32,000 nucleotides of DNA from the NCBI RefSeq assembly GCF_000011325.1, contig NC_003450.3:2910001-2942000 (forward strand), in the 5' to 3' direction. The notes under the pieces were generated by a model, which did no database searches, was not told the DNA's origin, and saw only the letters and a list, made by a program, of their open reading frames with translations. Position 1 is the stretch's first letter; each line of letters starts with the position of its first letter. Positions 16,709 through 25,312 of this stretch are shown piece after piece. The translations under genes were made by a program, and so were the position numbers. This DNA comes from Corynebacterium glutamicum ATCC 13032 (lineage in GTDB: Bacteria; Actinomycetota; Actinomycetes; Mycobacteriales; Mycobacteriaceae).

Positions 16709-17547
16709 AACTCTGCTGTTCCTTGAAAGATCGTGGTCACAGAGCCGCCCACCCAAATCGCATGAGATTCAATACTGATGTGGATTTCCCCGGCGCGACC
16801 GATGGCGGTTCCTTGGGATGCCAAGTAACCTTCGCCGGCGCGACCATCTCGGTGTAGCCACTGCGCAATGGATGCATTGAGGCTTCCTGTTACTGGGTCT
16901 TCACCGATTCCTTGAGCGAATGCCCGTACTTCAAAAGCGTGGGGAGCCCCTTCGGGATAGGCCCCAATCACTCCGAGTTTCAATGTTGGATGTGCACTGA
17001 AATCGGGTTCCAGATCCAATACGTGTTGGGCGCTCGGTAGCTCCACTACTGCCCAGCCGGGGCCGTTGTCTACCCATTGGTGGGCTCGAATGAAGTCGGG
17101 GCTGATTCCTAAAGCCTCACAAGCTGCGTCTAGGTCGGAAGCATCCAATGGCCCGTCTTTGAGTGTGGGTGGAGCCTGAAAAGCCAATCCACTTGCTGGC
17201 CCGTCAATAGCGCGCACAGCAACTAAACCGGCGACACATTCCTGAACCAACTGGGTTCCCTGTTCACCGTGCAGTTCCCTAAACACGTGGGCGGTTCCGA
17301 GTGTTGGGTGTCCAGCGAAGGGGAGCTCACCGGTTGGGGTGAAAATGCGTACCCGGTAGTCAGCACCTTCTTGGGTTGGCTTTAAAAGAAATGTGGTTTC
17401 TGAGAGGTTTGTCCACCTAGCGATTCGGGCCATTTGTTCGGCACTTAAGTCATCAGCATCGGCGATGACAGCAAGCGGGTTTCCCATGAACGGCTCGGAG
17501 CTGAATACATCTACTTGGTAATAGGGCCGCGATATTTTAGAGGGCAT
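16705..17547 (-). CDS. PhzF-family isomerase/epimerase-like protein
   Basis: 280 aa. YYQVDVFSSEPFMGNPLAVI is the typical PhzF-family N-terminus. The protein has DapF-like two-domain length. Confidence 0.85.
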   Translation of the reverse strand: MPSKISRPYYQVDVFSSEPFMGNPLAVIADADDLSAEQMARIARWTNLSETTFLLKPTQEGADYRVRIFTPTGELPFAGHPTLGTAHVFRELHGEQGTQLVQECVAGLVAVRAIDGPASGLAFQAPPTLKDGPLDASDLDAACEALGISPDFIRAHQWVDNGPGWAVVELPSAQHVLDLEPDFSAHPTLKLGVIGAYPEGAPHAFEVRAFAQGIGEDPVTGSLNASIAQWLHRDGRAGEGYLASQGTAIGRAGEIHISIESHAIWVGGSVTTIFQGTAEF

Positions 17548-17548
17548 T

Positions 17549-18319
17549 TTAGGCGTCTTTCTTTTCTAGGACGACGATTCCGAGTGCGAACAGCACGAAT
17601 GCCCACGCTCCGAAGTACACCGCTCCCATGGTGGTGGACCATCCTGGATCAATTGATTGATAGTCGGTGATGAATGCGTAGAGGTTGGTGAAGGGACCAT
17701 ACTTGCCGACGTATTCGCCGATGCGTGGCAAGAAAGACAGGAGGTTTTCGATAGCGAAGTGCCACATAAGCACCAGTGCCACTGCTCCTGCAGTTTGACG
17801 CAGCAGGAGCGCAATTCCGGAACAGAAAGTTACCAATAGTGCTGCTGCCAGTGGGTATTGCCACATGATTCGTCGTGCTTGCGTATCTTCCCACACCACC
17901 AGGGTGGAGCTTGCAGTGTCTGATGCCAGGGCTTTGGCTAGATAGAAGCACAGAATCACGGTGATGAAGGTCAACACTACGGCGAACACGAGGTACAGCA
18001 ACCATTTGGAAACGGCGACAACCCAGCGTTTTGGTGTGGCGAGGAAGGTTTGGGTTTGGTAGCCGAATCGAAATTCGGTGGTGAACATCATGATGGATTG
18101 GATCATGATCACCACGAAGCCAAGGAGGTAAAGGCCGGTGACTGTGCTGCCTGCGAGAAGGAACAGTGATGCAAAGCTTTCGCCGGTGGCGAGTGATCCG
18201 GTGAGCGCTGCGTATCCCAGGCTGAAGACCAGAATTAGTGCGGTTGTCCACCAGAAGGATTTGGTGGTGACAAGTTTGGTCCATTCGGAGCGGATGGTAT
18301 TAATCATTGTTGTCCACAC
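17549..18319 (-). CDS. ABC-2 type transporter permease
   Basis: 256 aa, six TM helices, N-terminus (M)INTIRSEWTKL typical of ABC-2 permeases. It overlaps the ATPase stop. An alternative start at ATG 18307 gives an 8-nt overlap. Confidence 0.75.
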   Translation of the reverse strand: MWTTMINTIRSEWTKLVTTKSFWWTTALILVFSLGYAALTGSLATGESFASLFLLAGSTVTGLYLLGFVVIMIQSIMMFTTEFRFGYQTQTFLATPKRWVVAVSKWLLYLVFAVVLTFITVILCFYLAKALASDTASSTLVVWEDTQARRIMWQYPLAAALLVTFCSGIALLLRQTAGAVALVLMWHFAIENLLSFLPRIGEYVGKYGPFTNLYAFITDYQSIDPGWSTTMGAVYFGAWAFVLFALGIVVLEKKDA

Positions 18320-19238
18320 TTCCAGCCTGGTACTGCACTGCTTCGCCGGTGGTTTCGAGGAATGCTTCTTCCAGGGATGCTCGGGTTTCGGACAGTTCTA
18401 ACAAGGCAATTCCTCGTTCGAATGCCAAACGGCCGATGTCATCGGTGGTGGAGCCATCGATGCGATATGTCATGCGTCCGCTTTCATCTGGTGCTGTGTT
18501 GAATGCGACTCCGGCTTCTTTCAACGCGTTTTCCAAAGCGCCGGGTACTGCTGCGCGCACCACAACTGTGGAAGCGGAATGGGAGCGCACAAACTCATGC
18601 ATGGGCATATCGGCGACCAGCTTGCCACGCCCAATCACGATCAAATGTTCCGCAGTTTGCGCCATCTCGGACAGCAGGTGGGAACTCACGAGCACGGTTC
18701 TGCCCTGCTTGGCGATGTTTTGCAACAAGGTGCGCACCCAGTGAATGCCTTCTGGGTCAAGGCCGTTGACGGGTTCGTCGAGAATTAAGTATTCCGGATC
18801 GCCGAGCAATGCTGCAGCAAGTCCTAGACGTTGGCCCATGCCTAGTGAAAACCCACCGGTCTTCTTTGACGCAACACCAGTCAGTCCCACGAGGGTGAGA
18901 ACTTCATCGACTCTTTTGGTGGACAGCCCATTTGCACGGGCGATCCACTTGAGGTGGTTTTCTGCTGTTCTATTTGGGTGTGTTGCTTTGGCATCAAGCA
19001 GTGCTCCCACTTTGGTCAGGGGATTTTTGAGCGATCGGTAGGGTTGTCCTTCGATCGTGGCATGCCCTGCAGTTGGATTATCTAAGCCAAGGATCAGCCG
19101 CATCGTGGTGGATTTTCCGGCGCCGTTGGGGCCGAGAAATCCGGTGACTATTCCGGGTTTTACTTCGAAGCTCAGATCATCGACTGCGCGGACCTGACCA
19201 TATTGTTTGGTGAGGCCTTCAACGTTGATCATGCGCAC
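18300..19238 (-). CDS. ABC transporter ATP-binding protein
   Basis: Walker A GPNGAGKST, signature FSLGMGQRLGLA, Walker B LILDEPVNGLD and H-loop SSH are present. The start is GTG 19238 or ATG 19232. Confidence 0.9.
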   Translation of the reverse strand: MRMINVEGLTKQYGQVRAVDDLSFEVKPGIVTGFLGPNGAGKSTTMRLILGLDNPTAGHATIEGQPYRSLKNPLTKVGALLDAKATHPNRTAENHLKWIARANGLSTKRVDEVLTLVGLTGVASKKTGGFSLGMGQRLGLAAALLGDPEYLILDEPVNGLDPEGIHWVRTLLQNIAKQGRTVLVSSHLLSEMAQTAEHLIVIGRGKLVADMPMHEFVRSHSASTVVVRAAVPGALENALKEAGVAFNTAPDESGRMTYRIDGSTTDDIGRLAFERGIALLELSETRASLEEAFLETTGEAVQYQAGSVDNND

Positions 19239-19253
19239 CAGTGTCGCATAAAC

Positions 19254-19757
19254 CTACTCTGTTGTGTTCAGTAGCTTTCTTAAAGAGGGCCACGCTTTGG
19301 CGAATGCTGGCATCAAAGCCAAAGAGTCAACCGCTGCGATATCTACCCACCGTAGTTCGAGGGATTCTTCATTAGCGGTGGTATCTAGGGTTTCGCCGGT
19401 TTTAGTTCGTGCGATGACCGTGGTGTAGGTCCAGTTGCCGGCAAGTTCTGGGCGTTCTGGATCGGCGGGAAAAGGGCCTGCGGTGACTATTGAATCTAAA
19501 ACTTCCACGTCGTCGGGCAGGATTCCAGTTTCTTCAAATGCTTCACGCAGGGCTGATTCCGCTGCGGTTTCATGTGAGTCTCGTGCGCCTCCAGGGAGTG
19601 CCCAGGTGTCGCCGTTGTTGGTCCATGCGGCTCGGTGCTGCATGAGCATTTGTTTATCTGCTACCAACAACAATCCTGCTGCTCCGTTTTTGCCCCATAC
19701 TGCCCCGCCATTGGGTGCTGCTGCCCATCCATCGCCGTCGCCTTTCATGGTGTCCAC
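19254..19757 (-). CDS. Nudix hydrolase
   Basis: 167 aa with a complete Nudix box: GGARDSHETAAESALREAFEETGI. Confidence 0.85.
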   Translation of the reverse strand: MDTMKGDGDGWAAAPNGGAVWGKNGAAGLLLVADKQMLMQHRAAWTNNGDTWALPGGARDSHETAAESALREAFEETGILPDDVEVLDSIVTAGPFPADPERPELAGNWTYTTVIARTKTGETLDTTANEESLELRWVDIAAVDSLALMPAFAKAWPSLRKLLNTTE

Positions 19758-19822
19758 ATTAGGCTAAACGCTGGGGGTATTCATCAAGGTAGCCAATACT
19801 TTCAACATGTCATGAGTCACGC

Positions 19823-19828
19823 TATTCT
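19823..19828 (+). promoter_or_regulatory. Candidate -10 hexamer (TATTCT) positioned for a leaderless glnX transcript
   Basis: TATTCT ends 6 nt before the A of ATG 19835, with no SD sequence in between. The geometry is the same as at def and the ElaA-like gene. Confidence 0.4.
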
Positions 19829-19834
19829 GAAACA

Positions 19835-21340
19835 ATGATCCGGGATGGAAATGGGGAGCATTCAGAGGTGCCTAATCCTCTGGATGATTCTGCGGTGCAA
19901 AATTCAGCCCCACATTCAGCCCCACATTCAGCTCGGACCCGGTTGGAGTTTTTGGATACCGATGACTCGCCTGATCATTGGCTTGATCCGTTAACGGAGA
20001 AGGATACTTCTAAGCGCACTCTCGTTAATTCGATTGTTCAGGAAACTTTCGGCCAGCCTATTTTTGTTGCCCGCAAGATTTGGGCTTTCGTCAATACGTC
20101 GCCGGGCCGGATGACGTTGATGACGATTATCATTTCGATCGCCATTTTTGCTGCTGGTTACGCCATGTCGGTGTCTTCGGATACTAGGCAGTCCAATTTG
20201 GATGATTTGATCACTAATGCGGAGCCTGTTTCCTATAACGCGCATGTGCTGTATACATCATTGTCGGTTGCTGATACCACTGCTACCACTGGTTTTGTTC
20301 AGGCTGGTGTGGAGGGCCCGGTGAATCGGGTGAAGTATCACACTGCTATTGATCGTGCTGCGGTTGCTGCTACTCATACTGCGGCGTCTGCGGATAGTAG
20401 TAATGAGCATTTGATGGAGTTGGTGCTGGAGATTCAGCGTCAGTTGCCGGTGTATACGGGGTTGGTGGAAACTGCTCGGACTAATAACCGTGCGGGTAAT
20501 CCCGTGGGTGTGGCCTATATGTCTGAGGCCAGCGCGATGATGCGTAATGAAATTTTGCCGATGGCGTCTGAGCTTTACAACCTGACGAGTCGTGCGGTGT
20601 CTGATCAGCAGCGTTCGGTGACGGGTCCGCAGTGGTTTCCGCTGTCTGGATTGCTTGCGGCTCTTGCCATGTTGATTGTTGCGCAGTGGTGGTTGATGCG
20701 GATTACGCGCAGGCGCATCAACAAGGGGTTTGCCCTGGCCACGGTGATGATGATGACGGCAACGTTATGGGTGTCAGCTGCAAACTGGGCGACGTGGCAG
20801 GCTGGCACGAAGGGTTTTGAGGAAGCGTCGGGGCCGTTGAATTCCATGACTACGGCTCGTATTTATGCGCAGCAGACCCGCACGACGGAGACGTTGTCGT
20901 TGGTGCGTAGGCAGTCGATTCAGGGCAGTGGCACTGGTTTTACCGCAACGATTAATCAGATTAAGCGTGCGCTGGATGAGTATGAAACCACTGCGCAGTC
21001 ACAGACTCCGGAGCATCAGCAGTTGATTACGGCGATTCGTAATGCGATTGCTGCATGGACTGCCGATCACGATGAGTTCACGGTGTTGTTGGCGTCTGGT
21101 GATTACAACGGTGCGGTCAATGCGGTGCTCAACAAAGATGAGGAGGGCCAGACCAGCTTTGATGAGCTCGATACTGCGCTGGCTGAGCTGATCGCGGATT
21201 CTCGCAGCTCCATGCGTTCCTATATCCAGTCGGGCCTGCAGGCCACGGAGTTGGTGTCCGTCATGGTGATGATTCTGTCTGTCGTTTCTGTGTTGGCTTT
21301 GTGGGTCGGCATCCGCCCCCGTTTGCAGGAGTACTTATAA
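19835..21340 (+). CDS. glnX: GlnX, integral membrane protein of the GlnH-GlnX-PknG signalling module
   Basis: 501 aa with four hydrophobic helices flanking two large extracytoplasmic helical regions. It lies immediately upstream of glnH-pknG (TAA then ATG junction), as in the described C. glutamicum operon. Confidence 0.75.
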   Translation: MIRDGNGEHSEVPNPLDDSAVQNSAPHSAPHSARTRLEFLDTDDSPDHWLDPLTEKDTSKRTLVNSIVQETFGQPIFVARKIWAFVNTSPGRMTLMTIIISIAIFAAGYAMSVSSDTRQSNLDDLITNAEPVSYNAHVLYTSLSVADTTATTGFVQAGVEGPVNRVKYHTAIDRAAVAATHTAASADSSNEHLMELVLEIQRQLPVYTGLVETARTNNRAGNPVGVAYMSEASAMMRNEILPMASELYNLTSRAVSDQQRSVTGPQWFPLSGLLAALAMLIVAQWWLMRITRRRINKGFALATVMMMTATLWVSAANWATWQAGTKGFEEASGPLNSMTTARIYAQQTRTTETLSLVRRQSIQGSGTGFTATINQIKRALDEYETTAQSQTPEHQQLITAIRNAIAAWTADHDEFTVLLASGDYNGAVNAVLNKDEEGQTSFDELDTALAELIADSRSSMRSYIQSGLQATELVSVMVMILSVVSVLALWVGIRPRLQEYL

Positions 21341-22375
21341 ATGCACGCTTTTCGACGCCCCCCTCCACTCACCACGCGAGTCGGCGCTGCATTGCTGGCC
21401 GCAACGCTGCTTGCTTCCTGCACTCCAACACCTGTGGAACCGGCAGAAACCTTGACTGCTTTGGATCCCGATGCCGGTCCACCACTGCCACCGGATTCTT
21501 CGATTGAAGCTCCCGGTGAAAAAGAGCCCATTGTGGAAGTAATAGAGAATTGGCCAGGTTCTTTACGCCCGGATGATCTGACCCCTGAGGAGCGGGTACC
21601 TGGCATCGTCAACCGGGGTCGCATCATTGTGGGTGTGGATCAATCGCAAAACTTGCTCAGTTTCCGTGATCCGGTGACTGGTGAGCTGCGCGGTTTTGAA
21701 GTGGAATTAGCGAGGGAAATTTCCCGCGACATTTTCGGTGACCCCAATAAGGTGGATTTCCGATTCGTCGGCTCGTCCGACCGTCTGCGTTCCCTTGACC
21801 AAGGTGATGTAGATATTGTGATTCGTTCCGTCACGATCACCGACGAACGCGCCAAATTGGTGGAATTTTCCACACCGTACCTGCGCACCCAAACCCGCAT
21901 GTTGACCATGGAATCTTCAGGAATCACGTCCATCGCAGATCTACCCGGCCACACCATTTGTGTCACCGATGGCTCCACTTCATTGCAGCGAGCCCGCACC
22001 ATTGCGCCGGAGGCCTCAATCTTAAAAACTCGCAATTGGTCCGATTGTCTCATGGCGTTGCAGCAGCATCAGGCTCAGGTCATTTTGGGCGATGATGTCA
22101 TTTTGTCCGGCATCGCAGCACAGGATCCCTACACCGAGATTCTTGATACCTCCCTCGATTCCCATTCCTATGGAGTGGCAGCGGCATCGACCACTGCTGA
22201 AACAGACTCTTCGGGGTTGATTCGGCAGGTAAACTACACAATTGAACGGATCCGCACAGACCGCATGTGGTGGACAATGTTCGACGATTGGTTCGGACCT
22301 TATCTCTGGTCCTACGGTCCACCACAGCTGCAGTACATGCCAGAGGAAGAAGGGACAGAAAACGATGAAGGATAA
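21341..22375 (+). CDS. glnH: GlnH, lipoprotein-type amino-acid (Asp/Glu-sensing) solute-binding protein
   Basis: 344 aa. The signal peptide has the lipobox LLASC. The SBP_bac_3 core is RIIVGVDQSQNLLSFRDPVTGELRGFEVELAREI. Operon context supports the call. Confidence 0.85.
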   Translation: MHAFRRPPPLTTRVGAALLAATLLASCTPTPVEPAETLTALDPDAGPPLPPDSSIEAPGEKEPIVEVIENWPGSLRPDDLTPEERVPGIVNRGRIIVGVDQSQNLLSFRDPVTGELRGFEVELAREISRDIFGDPNKVDFRFVGSSDRLRSLDQGDVDIVIRSVTITDERAKLVEFSTPYLRTQTRMLTMESSGITSIADLPGHTICVTDGSTSLQRARTIAPEASILKTRNWSDCLMALQQHQAQVILGDDVILSGIAAQDPYTEILDTSLDSHSYGVAAASTTAETDSSGLIRQVNYTIERIRTDRMWWTMFDDWFGPYLWSYGPPQLQYMPEEEGTENDEG

Positions 22376-24833
22376 TGAAGATTTCGATCCAGATTCACCA
22401 GCAACCGAAGCTGTTGCCTTCAACCCTTTCGACGATGACGATGAGGATGATTCCCCCGCTACCTCAGCCGTTGCCTTTAACCCTTTTGAAGATGACGATG
22501 ACGACGATGAGTTCCAAGGCGAAGGCCTAGAATTCCTGCTGCGCGACCTCGACAATCTGCGAGCCACCCAAGGTCAAATGGTGGTGGAACAACCAGCAGT
22601 TGAAGACAGCCTCGGGTCAGCATCTGCGCATACGGAGACAACTGCGGCCTCACTGCGTCCCCGCCCAGAGGTGGATCCAAGTGAGAGGAGTCGTCGACAA
22701 GCAATTTCGCTGTTCCGCGAACGGCGCCGCGTAAGGCGCCAATCCCGCCCAGTTGCTGATGGCATGGTGGAATTGCCGTTCATCACCCCCAAACCGGAAG
22801 ATGAGCTGCTCATCGACCCGGAAAAGAAGCGCAAACCTGGTGTGGCAGCGCCGCAACTTGTCGCGGGCGATATCGTCGCAGAGCAATATGAAGTCCTCGG
22901 CGTCATCGCGCACGGCGGCATGGGTTGGATTTACCTCGCCAACGACCGCAATGTGTCCGGCCGCATCGTGGTGCTCAAAGGCATGATGGCGCAATCTTCC
23001 GTTCAAGACCAAGGCACCGCTGAAGCCGAACGCGAATTCCTCGCCGACATCACCCACCCCGGCATCGTGAAGGCCTACAACTTCATCGACGACCCCCGCG
23101 TCCCCGGCGGATTCATCGTCATGGAATACGTCAACGGCCCCTCCCTGAAAGACCGCTGCAAAGCCCAACCCGACGGCGTGCTCCGCGTCGACCTCGCCAT
23201 CGGCTACATCCTCGAACTCCTCCCCGCCATGGACTACCTGCACCAACGCGGCGTAGTGTACAACGACCTCAAACCCGAAAACGTCATCGCCACCGAAGAC
23301 CAAGTTAAACTCATCGACCTCGGCGCGGTTACCGGCATCGGCGCATTCGGCTACATTTACGGCACCAAAGGATTCCAAGCACCCGAAGTAGCCACCCATG
23401 GCCCCTCAATCTCCTCCGATATTTTCACCATCGGACGCACCCTCGCAGCACTCACCATGCCCCTCCCCGTTGAAGACGGTGTCCTCGCACCGGGCATCCC
23501 CTCGCCCAAAAATTCACCTCTTCTGCGCAGGCATTTGTCGTTCTACCGCCTCCTGCAACGCGCCACCGCCGACGACCCCCAACACCGATTCCGCAACGTC
23601 AGCGAACTACGCACCCAACTCTACGGCGTACTGCGTGAAATTTTGGCAGTCCGCGACGGCAAACAATACCCGCCACAGCACTCACTATTCTCCCCACAGC
23701 GAAGCACCTTTGGCACCAAACACCTCGTGTTCCGCACCGACCGCATCATCGACGGCATCGAACGACAAGCACGCATCACAGCACCAGAAATTGTCTCCGC
23801 GCTGCCTGTCCCACTCATCGACCGCACCGACCCCGGCGCCCGTATGCTCTCCGGATCCTCCTATGCAGAACCCTCCGAAACCCTGGAAACTCTGCGCAAC
23901 TCCATGGAAGACGAGCAATACCGCCAATCAATCGAGATCCCCCTCGGTGTCGTCCGAGCCCTCCTTGACCTAGGCTTTACCACCGAAGCACGCCAATGGC
24001 TCGAAACCCTAGAGGGACGCATCGGCGACGACTGGCGACACAAATGGTTCTCCGGAATCACCTACCTCCTCCTCGACGACTACGCCACCGCCCAAGTATT
24101 CTTCAACCACGTCCTGACCATCCTGCCCGGCGAAGCCGCTCCTAAACTAGCCCTCGCAGCTGTTGACGAACTCATCCTCCAACAAATCGGCGCCGAATCC
24201 ACCGCCTATCTCACCCCAGACATCGTCTCTGCAACCGCGACCCTCAGCAAAGATTTCGAAGACCTCGACGCCTCCGCCTTCGAATCACTCAGCGACACCT
24301 GGTCCCACATCTCCAGCGACCCACACGTAGTCCGCTTCCATTCACTGCGCCTCTACGCACTTGTCTGGGCAACCAACCCCACCACCGTGTCCTCCGCGTT
24401 CGGGCTCGCCCGCCAACTCATGGCCGAAAACCAAATCGAACTCGCAGTCCAAGCCCTAGACAAACTCCCCCAATCATCCACCCACTACCGAATGGCCACC
24501 CTCACCACCATCTTGTTGCTGGTCAGCTCCAATTTGAGTGAATCCCGCATCCGACGGGCTGCCCGCCGACTCACCGAAATCCCCACAAACGAACCCCGCT
24601 TCAACCAAATCAAAATTGCCATCATGTCGGCAGGCCTCAGCTGGCTTCGAGAGCGAAAACTCAAAGCTTCCGCCTCCGCGAACCCTTTGTTTGAATACCC
24701 GTTCTCCCAAAAAGGCCTGCGCACCGGCATCTCCGAGGCACTCCGCATTCAGGCACGTTCTGCACCGTTCCCGCACCACCGTTACGCACTTGTGGATATG
24801 GCGAATGCCGTGCGGCCACTGAGTTGGTTCTAG
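22365..24833 (+). CDS. pknG: Serine/threonine protein kinase G (kinase domain plus C-terminal TPR domain; no rubredoxin Cys motifs)
   Basis: ORF 22242..24833. ATG 22365 gives 822 aa and overlaps the glnH stop by 11 nt. Strong collinearity with mycobacterial PknG is visible (GDIVAEQYEVLGVIAHGGMGWIYLA, VYNDLKPENV, LIDLGA, C-terminal HRYALVDMANAVRP). There is no CxxC pair between the N-terminal tail and the kinase domain. Confidence 0.95.
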   Translation: MKDNEDFDPDSPATEAVAFNPFDDDDEDDSPATSAVAFNPFEDDDDDDEFQGEGLEFLLRDLDNLRATQGQMVVEQPAVEDSLGSASAHTETTAASLRPRPEVDPSERSRRQAISLFRERRRVRRQSRPVADGMVELPFITPKPEDELLIDPEKKRKPGVAAPQLVAGDIVAEQYEVLGVIAHGGMGWIYLANDRNVSGRIVVLKGMMAQSSVQDQGTAEAEREFLADITHPGIVKAYNFIDDPRVPGGFIVMEYVNGPSLKDRCKAQPDGVLRVDLAIGYILELLPAMDYLHQRGVVYNDLKPENVIATEDQVKLIDLGAVTGIGAFGYIYGTKGFQAPEVATHGPSISSDIFTIGRTLAALTMPLPVEDGVLAPGIPSPKNSPLLRRHLSFYRLLQRATADDPQHRFRNVSELRTQLYGVLREILAVRDGKQYPPQHSLFSPQRSTFGTKHLVFRTDRIIDGIERQARITAPEIVSALPVPLIDRTDPGARMLSGSSYAEPSETLETLRNSMEDEQYRQSIEIPLGVVRALLDLGFTTEARQWLETLEGRIGDDWRHKWFSGITYLLLDDYATAQVFFNHVLTILPGEAAPKLALAAVDELILQQIGAESTAYLTPDIVSATATLSKDFEDLDASAFESLSDTWSHISSDPHVVRFHSLRLYALVWATNPTTVSSAFGLARQLMAENQIELAVQALDKLPQSSTHYRMATLTTILLLVSSNLSESRIRRAARRLTEIPTNEPRFNQIKIAIMSAGLSWLRERKLKASASANPLFEYPFSQKGLRTGISEALRIQARSAPFPHHRYALVDMANAVRPLSWF
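22392..22505 (+). repeat. In-frame tandem duplication (2 x 57 bp, 2 x 19 aa) in the PknG N-terminal tail
   Basis: DSPATEAVAFNPFDDDDED (aa 10-28) is followed by DSPATSAVAFNPFEDDDDD (aa 29-47). The DNA copies have diverged mostly at synonymous sites. Confidence 0.85.
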
Positions 24834-24862
24834 CTGTTTTGACTTGGGGCTATTTGGTAGGT

Positions 24863-24927
24863 GGCGATTTAAGGGCCTTTAGGAGTGCGATGTCCCCTAG
24901 TTTGACTTTGGGCGAGTTAGGCCCTTA
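24863..24927. repeat. Palindromic element with GGCGATTTAAGGGCC and AGGCCCTTA arms, 30-94 nt downstream of the pknG stop
   Basis: The 9-bp arms TAAGGGCCT (24870-24878) and AGGCCCTTA (24919-24927) are perfectly complementary, with a 40-nt spacer. The architecture and motif match 13873-13943. Confidence 0.6.
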
Positions 24928-25183
24928 GAAGCGATTCTGGGGGAGTTACTTTTGGGACAATTGGGGCTGATGTGATTTCTGCGGGGTTACTGCAGGTTTC
25001 CTGTTCAACTTCTCGTTACGGGTTGCTGGAATTCGATGAAATGGAACGAATATTCGCATAATAGCAAGGTGTTAGAGCAAATTTTCGACCAAAACCGGCC
25101 TTTTAATGTTCGGTGGGGACGAAAATTCGCAACCCCAAGAGGTCTAGGGGCCAACAAGCGATTCCTGTGAAGCTCCAGGGCAA

Positions 25184-25228
25184 GGATCCACCACGTTCCA
25201 AAGGAAAACTGGGATCTGTGGTGGATCC
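25184..25228. repeat. Second CCACCAC/GTGGTGG hairpin, paralogous to the ackA terminator hairpin 72 bp away
   Basis: GGATCCACCAC (25184-25194) is complementary to GTGGTGGATCC (25218-25228), with a 23-nt loop. There is no U-tract on either strand. Confidence 0.65.
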
Positions 25229-25245
25229 GTGCAGTTTCACCCCTT

Positions 25246-25298
25246 AAAAACGCAAAAATCCACCACAAAACCGCTGATCAGAGCGATTTGTGGTGGAT
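25246..25298 (-). terminator. Rho-independent terminator of pta-ackA
   Basis: On the minus strand a 12-bp stem pairs 25287-25298 with 25258-25269, and an inner 4-bp extension pairs 25272-25275 with 25282-25285. It is followed by TTTTTGCGTTTTT. It starts 14 nt after the ackA stop. Confidence 0.82.
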
Positions 25299-25312
25299 CC
25301 TAACCAGGAGAG

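Noticed and set aside
22650-23399. 249-aa ORF antisense to pknG, with further antisense ORFs at 23685..23927 and 24474..24779
   Set aside because: This is the same shadow-ORF composition opposite a well-supported kinase gene. There are no independent coding signals.
24846-24990. Possible G-quadruplex from recurrent GGGG, GGG and GGGGG runs downstream of pknG
   Set aside because: The G-runs are separated by loops of about 10-60 nt, far beyond canonical G4 loop lengths. They are better described as part of a degenerate repeat.
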